A DNA stretch of 64,000 nt from Thermoanaerobaculia bacterium (GTDB lineage Bacteria > Acidobacteriota > Thermoanaerobaculia > UBA5066 > Gp7-AA6): positions 103,236 through 167,235 of the forward strand of contig JAYRMU010000063.1 in assembly GCA_041912555.1 (NCBI GenBank), given 5' to 3'. Shown in pieces: positions 1 through 8,289 of this stretch; the stretch's first letter is position 1; each line of letters opens with the position of its first letter. The notes beneath the pieces are model-generated. The model searched no databases, was not told the DNA's origin, and saw nothing but the letters and a program-made list of their open reading frames with translations. The position numbers were made by a program, and so were the translations under genes.

Positions 1-909
1 GGTAGCGCAGGCCCGCGAGCTTCGCGCCGGGCAGGGTCGCGAGCGTCTTCACGCCGGCCCAGCCGGCCGCCTTCGCGACGCCCTCGGCGAGTTTTTCGGC
101 GACGACGAACCGCGCGCCCCCGGCCTCGACGACGGCGTAAGTCTCGTCGGGGTGGACCGCGATCGCGACGTTTGCCGGCAGCGTCCACGGCGTGGTCGTC
201 CAGATGAGCAGGCGCGCGTCCGGGAAGCTCTTTCCGTCCGCGGCGAGGCCCTCCACGGGGAAGGCCACCGTGACCGCCGGATCCGCGCGCTCCTCGTATT
301 CGAGCTCCGCCTCGGCGAGCGCCGTCCGGTCGGTGAAGCACCAGCGCACCGACTTGAGCGCGCGGTACACGAGGTCCTTCCCGTAGAAGCCGCCGAACGC
401 CCGCGCGATCTCGGCCTCGTACCGGTAGCTCATCGTCGTGTAGGGGTGGTCCCAGTCGCCGCCCACGCCGAGGCGCCGGAATTCCTCGCGCTGGATGCCG
501 ATGAACTCCTCGGCGTACGCGCGGCAGGCGCGGCGGATCTCGACCGCCGTCATGTCCTTCTTCTTCGAGCCGAGCTTCTTGTCCACCTGCTGCTCGATCG
601 GCAGGCCGTGGCAGTCCCAGCCGGGGACGTACGGCGCGTCGAAGCCCGCCCCGGCGCGGCTGCGCACGACGACGTCCTTGAGGATCTTGTTCATGGCGTG
701 CCCGATGTGGATGTGGCCGTTGGCGTAGGGCGGGCCGTCGTGCATCACGAAGAGCGGCCGGCCGGCGGCCTGCGCGCGGATCCGGGACTCGAGGCCGGCC
801 TGCGTCCAGGCCTCGAGCTGCACGGGCTCGCGCCGGGCCAGGTCCGCCTTCATCGGGAAGTCGGTCCGGGGGAGATTCAGCGTGCTCTTGTAGTCCGGCG
901 CGTCGCTCA
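1..909 (-). CDS. ileS: isoleucyl-tRNA synthetase, N-terminal part; the gene continues beyond the window start
   Basis: The reverse complement of 840-909 reads [23 protein letters not shown]. The HIGH motif [13 protein letters not shown] lies near 700-760 on the minus strand. The plus-strand ORF 152..1000 is antisense junk. Confidence 0.8.
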
Positions 910-923
910 TGGGAGGGCGCAGT

Positions 924-1340
924 TTAGCTCAGGGGCGCGCCCCCTCGTCCGCCGGTCAGGAGGGCCACGACGGCCGCCGCGATGTCGCGGCCGTGCGTGA
1001 TCGTGACCTCGGCCAGCCGCACGTCGAGGGCGCGGGCGCGCTCGAGCGCGCTGCCGTGAAAGGCGAGCAGGGGCTTTCCGCGCGGGTCCCGGCCGACCTC
1101 GATGTCGCGGAAGGCGAGTCCGCGCCACCCGAGGCCGAGCGCCTTCATCGCGGCCTCCTTGGCGGCGAATCGCCCGGCGACGTGCTCGGCGAAGGCGCGG
1201 GGATGCCGACGCGCGGTCCGGAGCTCGCCGGGCCGGAAGACGCGCGCGAGGAAGCGCTCGCCGTGCCGCTCGAGGACCCCCGCGACGCGATCCACCTCGG
1301 TCACGTCGAGGCCGAGGAGCAGGCCTCCTTCGCCGGGCAT
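924..1340 (-). CDS. acpS: holo-ACP synthase (4'-phosphopantetheinyl transferase)
   Basis: 138 aa. Sequence is [35 protein letters not shown]...[12 protein letters not shown]...EVTITHGRD. The start overlaps the upstream stop (ATGA). Confidence 0.85.
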   Translation of the reverse strand: MPGEGGLLLGLDVTEVDRVAGVLERHGERFLARVFRPGELRTARRHPRAFAEHVAGRFAAKEAAMKALGLGWRGLAFRDIEVGRDPRGKPLLAFHGSALERARALDVRLAEVTITHGRDIAAAVVALLTGGRGGAPLS

Positions 1341-2773
1341 CAGGGGCCCTTGAGGCCGAAGAAGCGCGCGATCTTGTCGCTCAGCGACTCGGGCTCGGCG
1401 GCGCCCGTCTGCCCGTCCGCGGCGGCGCGCTCGCGCAAGGTGTGGCGCCGGCGCTCGAGGATGATCGCGTCGAGCTTCTCGACGAGGGAGGGGTTGGCCT
1501 GGAGCAGGGGAGCCAGGGTGGCCTTGTCGATCTCGATCAGCGTCGCCTCGGTCAGCGCGCGCACGGTCGCCAGGCGCGGCTCGCCCGTCAGCAGGCTGAT
1601 CTCGCCGAAGGCGGCTCCCGGCTCGAGAATCGCGAGCTTGCGGCTGGCCGCGGCCTCTCCCGTATGCACGGAGACGGCGGCGCGGCCCGCGGCGATGAGG
1701 AACATCGAGGAGGTGGAGTCGCCCTCGCGAACCACGATTTCTCCCTCGGCAAAACGGCTCAGACGCGCCCCGTGGGCCAGGCGGCCCCGCTCGTCCGGCG
1801 TCAGGGGGGCGAACAAGGGGTTGGCCCCGATCGCTCCGGCCACGAGGTCCCGGGTGTCGTGCCGCGCGAGGGGGCCGGCGGCATACTGGTGCTGGCGGAT
1901 GAGCGGGTAGGCGAACGGGAGGCCTTCCCTCTCGAGCCGGTACCAGACGCGCTCGCGGACCTTCGAGTCGATCTCGAGATAGCGGGCATAGTCGTCGAGC
2001 CAGTATCGCAGCTCGAACGTCACCGCGAAGTCGTGGAACCCGGCCACGTAGGCGACCGGCGGCGGCAGGGACGCCACCCCGGGCAGGTCCCGGGCCGCGG
2101 ATTCGAGCACGGCCCGCGCCCGGGCGGGCGGGGCGTCGTACTCGAGGCCCACGCGCAGCGCCCGCGCCATCGGCACGCTGCCGCGCCGGAAGACCTCGAG
2201 GCGGTCGCGGCTGGCGACGCTGTTGGGGATGAGGAGGGCGTTGCCCTCCATGGTCCGGACCTTGATCGCCCGCCACGAGAGCTGCTCGACGAGCCCGATC
2301 GTCTCGCCGGTGCGGACCATGTCCCCGACCTGCACGGTGCGCTCGATCGCGAGGCCGAGCCCCGAGAAGAGGTTGCCCAGGGTTTCCTGGAGGGCGAGGC
2401 CGACGACCGCCGTGATGATGGCCGACGTCGTGAGGATCGCCGGGAGGCTGACGGAGAGGACGACCTTGCACAGGGCGCCGAGGAGGAAACCGAAGACGAG
2501 CAGGCTCACGAGCTGCCGCAGCAGCTCGGGGGCCGCCGCGGCCTGGCGGATCCGGTAGCCGACGTCGAAGAGGGCGAAGTCGACGAGGCGCGTCGCGAGC
2601 AGCGCCCCGGCCAGTCCGATCGCGAAGGTCCCGTAGTCCTTGGCCCGGCCGTCGGTCATCGGGACCCCGGCCCTCGCGAGCAGCCAGACCACGGCCGTCA
2701 CAACGGCCAGCAGCAGGAGCGCGGGCAGGATCCTCCGGGCCCCGGCGCTCGTCGAGAGGGGCGGGCCGCTCAT
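1340..2773 (-). CDS. mechanosensitive channel (MscS family) with a C-terminal cyclic-nucleotide-binding domain
   Basis: 477 aa from MSGPPLSTS. It has N-terminal TM helices and an MscS beta-domain (GLVEQLSWRAIKVRTMEGNALLIPNS). The C-terminal cNMP-binding-like segment is FAEGEIVVREGDSTSSMFLIAAGRAAV...FGEISLLTGEPRLATVRA. Confidence 0.8.
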   Translation of the reverse strand: MSGPPLSTSAGARRILPALLLLAVVTAVVWLLARAGVPMTDGRAKDYGTFAIGLAGALLATRLVDFALFDVGYRIRQAAAAPELLRQLVSLLVFGFLLGALCKVVLSVSLPAILTTSAIITAVVGLALQETLGNLFSGLGLAIERTVQVGDMVRTGETIGLVEQLSWRAIKVRTMEGNALLIPNSVASRDRLEVFRRGSVPMARALRVGLEYDAPPARARAVLESAARDLPGVASLPPPVAYVAGFHDFAVTFELRYWLDDYARYLEIDSKVRERVWYRLEREGLPFAYPLIRQHQYAAGPLARHDTRDLVAGAIGANPLFAPLTPDERGRLAHGARLSRFAEGEIVVREGDSTSSMFLIAAGRAAVSVHTGEAAASRKLAILEPGAAFGEISLLTGEPRLATVRALTEATLIEIDKATLAPLLQANPSLVEKLDAIILERRRHTLRERAAADGQTGAAEPESLSDKIARFFGLKGP

Positions 2774-3381
2774 CGGGCGGCGATCCTTTCCGCCACGGCG
2801 CGCGGGTCGGCGCTCTCCTGGAACAGCCGGATGGCGGCGACGCCGCTGATCCGGTCGCGGTACGGCTCGAGCTCCGAAAGGCGATCCTCGTCGATCCCGC
2901 CGATCGCGTAGACCTCGCATGCGTGGGTCCCTCGCGGGGGCAGCGCCGCCAGGGCGCCGGGACCGAGCGGCGGTCCGTATTGCCGCTTGGACGGCGTGTC
3001 GAAGACGGGGCCGATCACGACGAAATCGGCGCCCTGCGCGATCGCCTCCTCGGCTTCCGGCGCCGAGTGCGTCGACAGGCCGACACGGAAGCCGCGAGGC
3101 GTGTGGGCGCGGACCTTGGGCAGGGGCAGGCCGCTCGAGGGCAGATGGACCCCGGCCGCCCCGGCGGCCAGGGCGACGTCGAACCGGCGGTGCACGTAGA
3201 GCGCGACCGAGGGTCCGAGGCGGGCCTTCGCGTCGCGAGCCCGGTCCGCCAGGGCGCGGTCGTCGCCGCCCGCTTCCCGCAGCGTCACGCTCACCGCCGG
3301 CGCGCCCGCGAGGCGGTCGAGGACTCCGGCCAGGCGCTCGTCTCCGATCGCGGCGCGGTCGGTCACGTAGAGGGATCTCAT
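2770..3381 (-). CDS. thiE: thiamine-phosphate synthase
   Basis: 203 aa. Sequence is MRSLYVTDRAAIGDERLAGVLDRLAGAPAVSVTLREAGG...FVVIGPVFDTPSK...YAIGGI. Confidence 0.85.
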   Translation of the reverse strand: MRSLYVTDRAAIGDERLAGVLDRLAGAPAVSVTLREAGGDDRALADRARDAKARLGPSVALYVHRRFDVALAAGAAGVHLPSSGLPLPKVRAHTPRGFRVGLSTHSAPEAEEAIAQGADFVVIGPVFDTPSKRQYGPPLGPGALAALPPRGTHACEVYAIGGIDEDRLSELEPYRDRISGVAAIRLFQESADPRAVAERIAAR

Positions 3382-3626
3382 TCGCGCCGGGCGGACGCCT
3401 CGCGGGCCGCCTCGAGCCCCCGCGTGAGAAACCGGAGATCGGCAAAGCCGGCCGCGAGGTGGACGAGGCCGAGGCCCGACACGAAGCCGCGGAAGAACCC
3501 CGAGCCGAGGATCCCCGGAAGCGGCGCCCGGGCGGTCCAGGGACGCAGGAGCAGGTACACGCCGACCGTCGTGCAGTAGAAGACGAAGAGCGCGCTGGCA
3601 AACAAGGAGAGCACTTTCCGGCTCAT
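3378..3626 (-). CDS. small membrane protein (hypothetical), first gene of the thiE-mscS-acpS-ileS transcription unit
   Basis: 82 aa from MSRKVLSLFASALFVFYCTTVGVYLLLRPW. It has two predicted TM segments and a 4-nt overlap with the thiE start. Confidence 0.5.
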   Translation of the reverse strand: MSRKVLSLFASALFVFYCTTVGVYLLLRPWTARAPLPGILGSGFFRGFVSGLGLVHLAAGFADLRFLTRGLEAAREASARRE

Positions 3627-3681
3627 GGATGCCGGCCGTCCGGGGCCGAGGTCGGGGAGATCACTGGCCCGGGATTGTCTC

Positions 3682-3710
3682 AAAAAAAAGACCGCGCCGG
3701 ATGGCGCGGT
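3682..3710 (-). terminator. rho-independent terminator on the minus strand, downstream of the FecR-like gene
   Basis: Perfect 8-bp stem ACCGCGCC/GGCGCGGT with loop GGAT at 3691-3710. An A8 run lies at 3682-3689 on the plus strand, which is a U8 tract after the hairpin on the minus strand. Confidence 0.7.
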
Positions 3711-3746
3711 GTGAAGAGGAGGAAACCTCGGAAGAAGTCGCTCGTT

Positions 3747-5978
3747 TCATGCCCTCCCGGGCGGCCGGCCCGACGATCCCGAGGGCGGCGCGGGGCGCGG
3801 CGCGGGAGCCGGCGCGGAGTGCGCGGGCGGGGCGGGGGCGGGTGCGGGGTGAGCCGGGGCTGCCTGCGGAGGCGGGGCCTGGGGCCGCGGCGCTTCGCGC
3901 GGCGGCGCGCCGGAGGAGCCGCGATCGTGCGGGGCGGACCCCGAGGGCGGCGCGCCGGTGTAGTCGCGCGGGGCCCCCTCGCGGTGGAGGGCGCCGGCGT
4001 CAGGCGTGCGGCGGCCGGGAACCGAACCCTCGATCACCCGCCGCGCGGGAGGAACGCCCTGGCCGTGCGCCCGCCAGTCTTCTCCGCTCCGGGCCGGGGG
4101 ATCCTCGCCCGTGCGCGCGTTGCCGCGACCGGGATCGGCGTTCGCGGCCTCGCCCTGCGAGCGGGAGCCGGAGGCGGTCCGGGAGCGCCAGTGCTCGCGG
4201 TTCTCGCGGCCGACCACGTTCGTGTCGGCGCTCTGGCGGGGCGCCTCGCCGGTGCGGCCGGGCTGCGGGCTCGCGCCGCCGCCGGCGCTGCGGGTGCGCC
4301 AGGCCTGCGTCGGGTCGGACCGGGGATCCGCGGGCCGCGCCTCGGAGCCGCGATCGGGACGAGCGGCCGTCGCGCCGCCCGTGGCGCGGTCGGCCGGATC
4401 GGCGGTCGTCCGGGATCCGCCGCGAATCACGGTCTTGCCGGTGTTGCGGTCGGTTTCGATGCGGGTCGGGCCCTCCACGTGCACGCCTCCCCGTCCCCGT
4501 TCGACGATGGTCGTCCCGCGGGGGGCGACTTCGGCGGCGCCCGGCCCGCTCAGGCGGCCCCGGTCGGCGACGACCGCGTGGTCGCGGAGCGTGTCCACGG
4601 TTTCGCGCGGCAGCTCGCGGTCGCGCGCGACGACGGGCTCGAGGCGCCGCTCGGTCTGGCGGTCCGAGGTCCGGGCGATCGTTCTTGGCGCCTCGCGGAC
4701 GTAGTCGCGCAGCGAGTCGCGGACCGCGACGCCCGACCGGGTGGGAACCACGATCGGCCGCGAGGAGATGGCGACCTGGCTTCCGAGCCGGTCCGCCACG
4801 CGCGTGCCGGGAACCACGTCGATGCGGCCGCGCGTCGTTCCGAAGCCGTTGGCGCCCGTGAAGTTCCAGCCGCGCATGTCCACCCGGCGCGTCGCGAAGG
4901 TGCCCTGGATCCCGAACGCCAGGCCGGCGCGGGGGTAGGACCAGTTGCGGTAGTAGTTGTCCCACCAGGGCGAGAAGCCCCCGTAGAACCCGAGCGGGCA
5001 CCAGCCCACGTAGGAGGGCGTGTAGGCCCAGTAGACCCACGCCGGCGAGTAGACGTAGCCGGGGGACCAGCACCAGCTGTTCCAGCCGGTGTCGAAGAAC
5101 CAGTTCCCGTAGTGGAAGGGGTACCAGCCCCAGGAATCCCAGGACCACCAGGTCAGGCCGGCCGGCGTGTAGTACCAGGAGCCGTTCGAGTAAGGGCTCC
5201 ATCCCGGAGCGACCGAGGGGCGCCAGACGTAGCTCGAGTACGTGGTGTTGTAGTCCCAGTTGCCATTGCCGTCGAGCGAGGCGACGTCGCCCGCGTAGTC
5301 CTCGCCGACGTACTGGGTGGAGGCGTTCTGCGGAGCGTCGTAGGTGGCCGCGAGACGGTCCGAGGCCCAGCTGTCGAAGCGGTCGTGCGAGAAGCTGCCG
5401 CGGGCGATCTCGGGCTCCTCCTCGCCGTGCGCCATCAGGTAGTTTCCGGCGCGCACCGTGTACGAGCCGAAGGGCGTGCGAACCTCGACCGAGCCCGCCC
5501 GAACGACGACGGCCGAGCCGTGCCGCGGGTCGGCGTTGACCCGGACCCGCGAGCCCGGGTTGGTGTAGACGGTGGCGTCTTCGGTGTCGACCCGGGGCAC
5601 GGCCTTGTCGTCCGATCCGACGACCGAGAGGATCACCGAGCCTTCCCTCAGGGAAATGGCGGAGACCTGGTCGTCCGAGCCCTGCTGCGCATAGAGGGAG
5701 ACGAACTGGACGGAGGTTCCTCCTCCGACGTGGAGCACGTTGCCGTCGGCGAGCGCCACTTCGGCGCGGCCCGGGTCGTCCGTCCGGAGCTCGTCGCCGG
5801 GCGAGATGGGCAGGTTGCGGCGGGCTTCGACGGTGCCGTTGAGCGTGGAAACGACGGTGACCTCGCCCGACACCTCCCGGACGTACGAGTACGCGCTCCG
5901 GTTCGGGGCCTGTCCCAACGCAGCCGACGCCGCCAGCAGGACCGAGGATGCCAGCAGGCCGATGCGTTTCGCGGTCAT
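3747..5978 (-). CDS. secreted FecR-domain protein with a Trp/Tyr-rich central region (DUF6600-like) and a Pro/Ala/Arg-rich low-complexity C-terminus
   Basis: Signal peptide MTAKRIGLLASSVLLAASAALGQ. FecR-like beta region (VALADGNVLHVGGGTSVQF...VVVRAGSVEV). W-rich block YYTPAGLTWWSWDSWGWYPFHYGNWFFDTGWNSWCWSPGYVYSPAWVYWAY. C-terminal PAPAPAPP repeats. The start was chosen at the ATG with GGAG 9 nt upstream. Confidence 0.65.
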   Translation of the reverse strand: MTAKRIGLLASSVLLAASAALGQAPNRSAYSYVREVSGEVTVVSTLNGTVEARRNLPISPGDELRTDDPGRAEVALADGNVLHVGGGTSVQFVSLYAQQGSDDQVSAISLREGSVILSVVGSDDKAVPRVDTEDATVYTNPGSRVRVNADPRHGSAVVVRAGSVEVRTPFGSYTVRAGNYLMAHGEEEPEIARGSFSHDRFDSWASDRLAATYDAPQNASTQYVGEDYAGDVASLDGNGNWDYNTTYSSYVWRPSVAPGWSPYSNGSWYYTPAGLTWWSWDSWGWYPFHYGNWFFDTGWNSWCWSPGYVYSPAWVYWAYTPSYVGWCPLGFYGGFSPWWDNYYRNWSYPRAGLAFGIQGTFATRRVDMRGWNFTGANGFGTTRGRIDVVPGTRVADRLGSQVAISSRPIVVPTRSGVAVRDSLRDYVREAPRTIARTSDRQTERRLEPVVARDRELPRETVDTLRDHAVVADRGRLSGPGAAEVAPRGTTIVERGRGGVHVEGPTRIETDRNTGKTVIRGGSRTTADPADRATGGATAARPDRGSEARPADPRSDPTQAWRTRSAGGGASPQPGRTGEAPRQSADTNVVGRENREHWRSRTASGSRSQGEAANADPGRGNARTGEDPPARSGEDWRAHGQGVPPARRVIEGSVPGRRTPDAGALHREGAPRDYTGAPPSGSAPHDRGSSGAPPREAPRPQAPPPQAAPAHPAPAPAPPAHSAPAPAPRPAPPSGSSGRPPGRA

Positions 5979-6174
5979 GGTCATGTCTCCCACACCCCGC
6001 AGACAGAGCGAGCCCCGTGCCACTCCGGCGGCTTGCCCGTCGCGAAAGAATGTGCTCTAAATCAAGGACTTATGCCAGCGGCAGGCAGGGCGACCGGGCG
6101 CGGCATGTCCCGCGCGGGAGACAGGCTGTGAGCGCCGAGGACACTTGCGCGGCGCGCCGGCGGCGGTGGCAGGC

Positions 6175-6684
6175 GTGATCCGCGACATCGTGCACTTCGG
6201 AGATCCGAGGTTGACGGCGAAGAACGAGGAGGTCGACGCCTCGAGCGAGGACCTGTCGGCGCTGGTCGCCGACATGGTCGAGACCTGCCACGCCGCCCCC
6301 GGCGTCGGCCTGGCCGCGCCGCAGATCGGGATCAACAAGAGGGTGGCGATCATCGACCTGTCGGTGGGGGCGGATCCCGACGGCGTCCTCGTCCTCGTCA
6401 ACCCGGTCGTCGTCGAGAGCTCCGGCGAGCAGAGGGAAGAGGAGGGCTGCCTCTCGGTACCCGACATCGCCGAGAAAGTCGTCCGGCCCGCTCGCGTCCG
6501 CGTCCGGGCCGCGGACCTGAAGGGGGCCGTCCGCGACATCGAGGGAACGGGCCTTCTGGCCCGTGCGTTGTGCCACGAGACGGACCACCTGAACGGCATG
6601 CTCTTCGTGGACCGGCTTCGGGGCCTCAAGCGGGAACTGACGTGGCGGAAGATCCGCCGCCGAAAGGAAAAGGGGATCTGGTGA
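6175..6684 (+). CDS. def: peptide deformylase
   Basis: (V)IRDIVHFGDPRLTAKNEEV...GVGLAAPQIG...EGCLSVPD...HETDHLNG. A GTG start at 6175 is assumed. The ORF track starts the ORF upstream, at TTG 6145. Confidence 0.85.
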   Translation: MIRDIVHFGDPRLTAKNEEVDASSEDLSALVADMVETCHAAPGVGLAAPQIGINKRVAIIDLSVGADPDGVLVLVNPVVVESSGEQREEEGCLSVPDIAEKVVRPARVRVRAADLKGAVRDIEGTGLLARALCHETDHLNGMLFVDRLRGLKRELTWRKIRRRKEKGIW

Positions 6685-8078
6685 GCCTCGCCGTCTTCAA
6701 CACACTCGGCCGCCGCGTCGTGACCTTCGAGCCCCGCGAGCCGGGGCACGTCCGGATGTACACCTGCGGGCCGACGGTCTACAACGTCGTGCACATCGGC
6801 AACCTCCGCACGTTTCTCTGGGAGGACGTGCTGCGGCGCCACCTCGCCGCCCGCGGCTGGCGCGTCACCCAGGTGATGAACCTGACCGACGTGGACGACA
6901 AGACGATCCGGGGCGCGGCGCAGGCGAAGCTGTCCCTGCGCGACTTCACCACGAAGTACGCCGACCTGTTCTTCCGCGACATCGAGAGGCTCGGCCTGCA
7001 GCGCGCGGAGCAGTACCCGCGGGCCACGGACCACGTCCCCGAGATGCTGGAGCTGACCGCGAAGCTCCTCGAGCGCGGGCACGCGTACGAGTCCGAGGGC
7101 TCCGTGTACTTCCGGATCGCGACGTTCCCGGACTACGGGAAGCTGTCCGGGATCGACCTGGCCGAGGCCCGGCGCGGCGAGCGGGTGGCCGACGACGAGT
7201 ACGAGAAGGAGGACGTCAAGGACTTCGTCCTCTGGAAGGCTGCCAAGCCGGGCGAGCCGTCCTGGCCGTCGCCGTGGGGCGAGGGCCGGCCCGGCTGGCA
7301 CATCGAGTGCTCCGCGATGAGCATGAAGTACCTCGGCCGCCATTTCGACATCCACACGGGCGCGGTGGACAACATCTTTCCCCACCACGAGAACGAGATC
7401 GCGCAGAGCGAGGCGGCGACCGGGGAGCCGTTCGTCGACGTGTGGCTCCACGCCGAGCACCTCATCGTGGACGGCGAGAAGATGGCCAAGTCCAAGGGCA
7501 ACTTCTTCACGCTCGACGACGTCCTCGCGCGCCGCGACGACCCGGTCGCCGTGCGGTACCTGCTCCTCTCGGTGCCCTACCGCAAGAAGCTCAACTTCAC
7601 GTGGGACGCGCTGGCCGCCGCGGCGTCCGCGGTCGAGCGCATCAAGTCCGCCCTGCAGAGGATCGAGGAGGCCGCGGCCTCGGGCGCCGCGAAGCCCGGG
7701 GCGTTCCCGGCCGACCGCGCCGCCCGGTTCGCGGCGGACTTCTCGGCCGCCCTCGACGACGACCTCAACACGGCCGAGGCCCTGGGCGTGCTCTTCAAGT
7801 ACCTCCGCGAGATCAACGCGGCGCTCGTCGACGGCTCGCTCGACGCCGCCAGCGCCTCGGCCGCGGCCGCCGCCATCCGCGGCGCGGACAGGGTCCTCGG
7901 CGTCCTGCCCCCGAAGGACGACGTCCTTCCGGCCGAGATCGAGGCCCGGATCGCCGACCGTCTCGCCGCCCGCAAGCGCCGCGACTTCGCCGAGGCCGAC
8001 CGCATCCGCGCCGAGCTCGCCGCCCGGGGGATCGTGCTCGAGGACGGCCCCGCGGGAACGAGGTGGAAGCGGGCTTGA
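6681..8078 (+). CDS. cysS: cysteinyl-tRNA synthetase
   Basis: VSLAVFNTLGRRVVTFEP...MYTCGPTVYNVVHIGNLRTF...KMAKSKGNFFTLDD (HIGH and KMSKS motifs). The GTG start overlaps the def stop. Confidence 0.9.
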   Translation: MSLAVFNTLGRRVVTFEPREPGHVRMYTCGPTVYNVVHIGNLRTFLWEDVLRRHLAARGWRVTQVMNLTDVDDKTIRGAAQAKLSLRDFTTKYADLFFRDIERLGLQRAEQYPRATDHVPEMLELTAKLLERGHAYESEGSVYFRIATFPDYGKLSGIDLAEARRGERVADDEYEKEDVKDFVLWKAAKPGEPSWPSPWGEGRPGWHIECSAMSMKYLGRHFDIHTGAVDNIFPHHENEIAQSEAATGEPFVDVWLHAEHLIVDGEKMAKSKGNFFTLDDVLARRDDPVAVRYLLLSVPYRKKLNFTWDALAAAASAVERIKSALQRIEEAAASGAAKPGAFPADRAARFAADFSAALDDDLNTAEALGVLFKYLREINAALVDGSLDAASASAAAAAIRGADRVLGVLPPKDDVLPAEIEARIADRLAARKRRDFAEADRIRAELAARGIVLEDGPAGTRWKRA

Positions 8079-8103
8079 GCGCTGGAGGCCCCGGCTCACG
8101 ACC

Positions 8104-8132
8104 TTGACACCCGCTCCCCCCGGCGGGATGAT
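8104..8132 (+). promoter_or_regulatory. candidate sigma70-type promoter for the trp leader / aroDE-trp operon
   Basis: Perfect -35 TTGACA (8104-8109), a 17-nt spacer, and a -10-like GATGAT (8127-8132). The leader ORF ATG at 8142 lies about 9 nt downstream, so the transcript would be leaderless or nearly leaderless. Confidence 0.4.
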
Positions 8133-8141
8133 GTCGCCTCG

Positions 8142-8192
8142 ATGACGAAGGTGCGCGTCTCCGGTTGGTGGTGGCGGGGGCAGACCCGGTAG
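8142..8192 (+). CDS. trpL: trp leader peptide candidate (16 codons: MTKVRVSGWWWRGQTR) with three consecutive Trp codons
   Basis: ATG 8142, then TGG TGG TGG at 8166-8174, then TAG at 8190. It lies between cysS and aroDE-trpEGDCFBA and is followed by a hairpin with a U-tract. Confidence 0.55.
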   Translation: MTKVRVSGWWWRGQTR

Positions 8193-8252
8193 GGCGCGAT
8201 CCGCCCTGCCGACGAAATCGGCCGGGGCGAACCAGAACGACGATAATCGGAA

Positions 8253-8289
8253 CCCCCGGCCCGGATGGGCTCGGGGGTTTTTGATTTTC
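8253..8289 (+). terminator. intrinsic terminator / attenuator hairpin immediately upstream of aroDE
   Basis: CCCCCGGCCC-GGAT-GGGCTCGGGGG stem-loop (8253-8277) followed by TTTTTGATTTTC. The upstream segment TCGGCCGGGG (about 8222-8231) can alternatively pair with the 5' arm, giving an antiterminator. Confidence 0.55.

Noticed and set aside
2919-6131. 1070-aa plus-strand ORF (and similar giant ORFs at 35793..39110 +, 22380..25295 +, 59497..62430 -, 57899..59950 -)
   Set aside because: They lie antisense to well-supported genes (the FecR-like gene, nuoL/M, dinG, rnr, amidohydrolase). Their translations are Arg/Gly/Pro/Ala-rich low-complexity sequences typical of spurious ORFs in 70% GC DNA.
8128-8145. 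5-codon mini-ORF ATG ATG TCG CCT CGA TGA overlapping the WWW leader start (ATGA)
   Set aside because: It would begin inside the proposed -10 hexamer. It is too short to evaluate and was kept only as a note.
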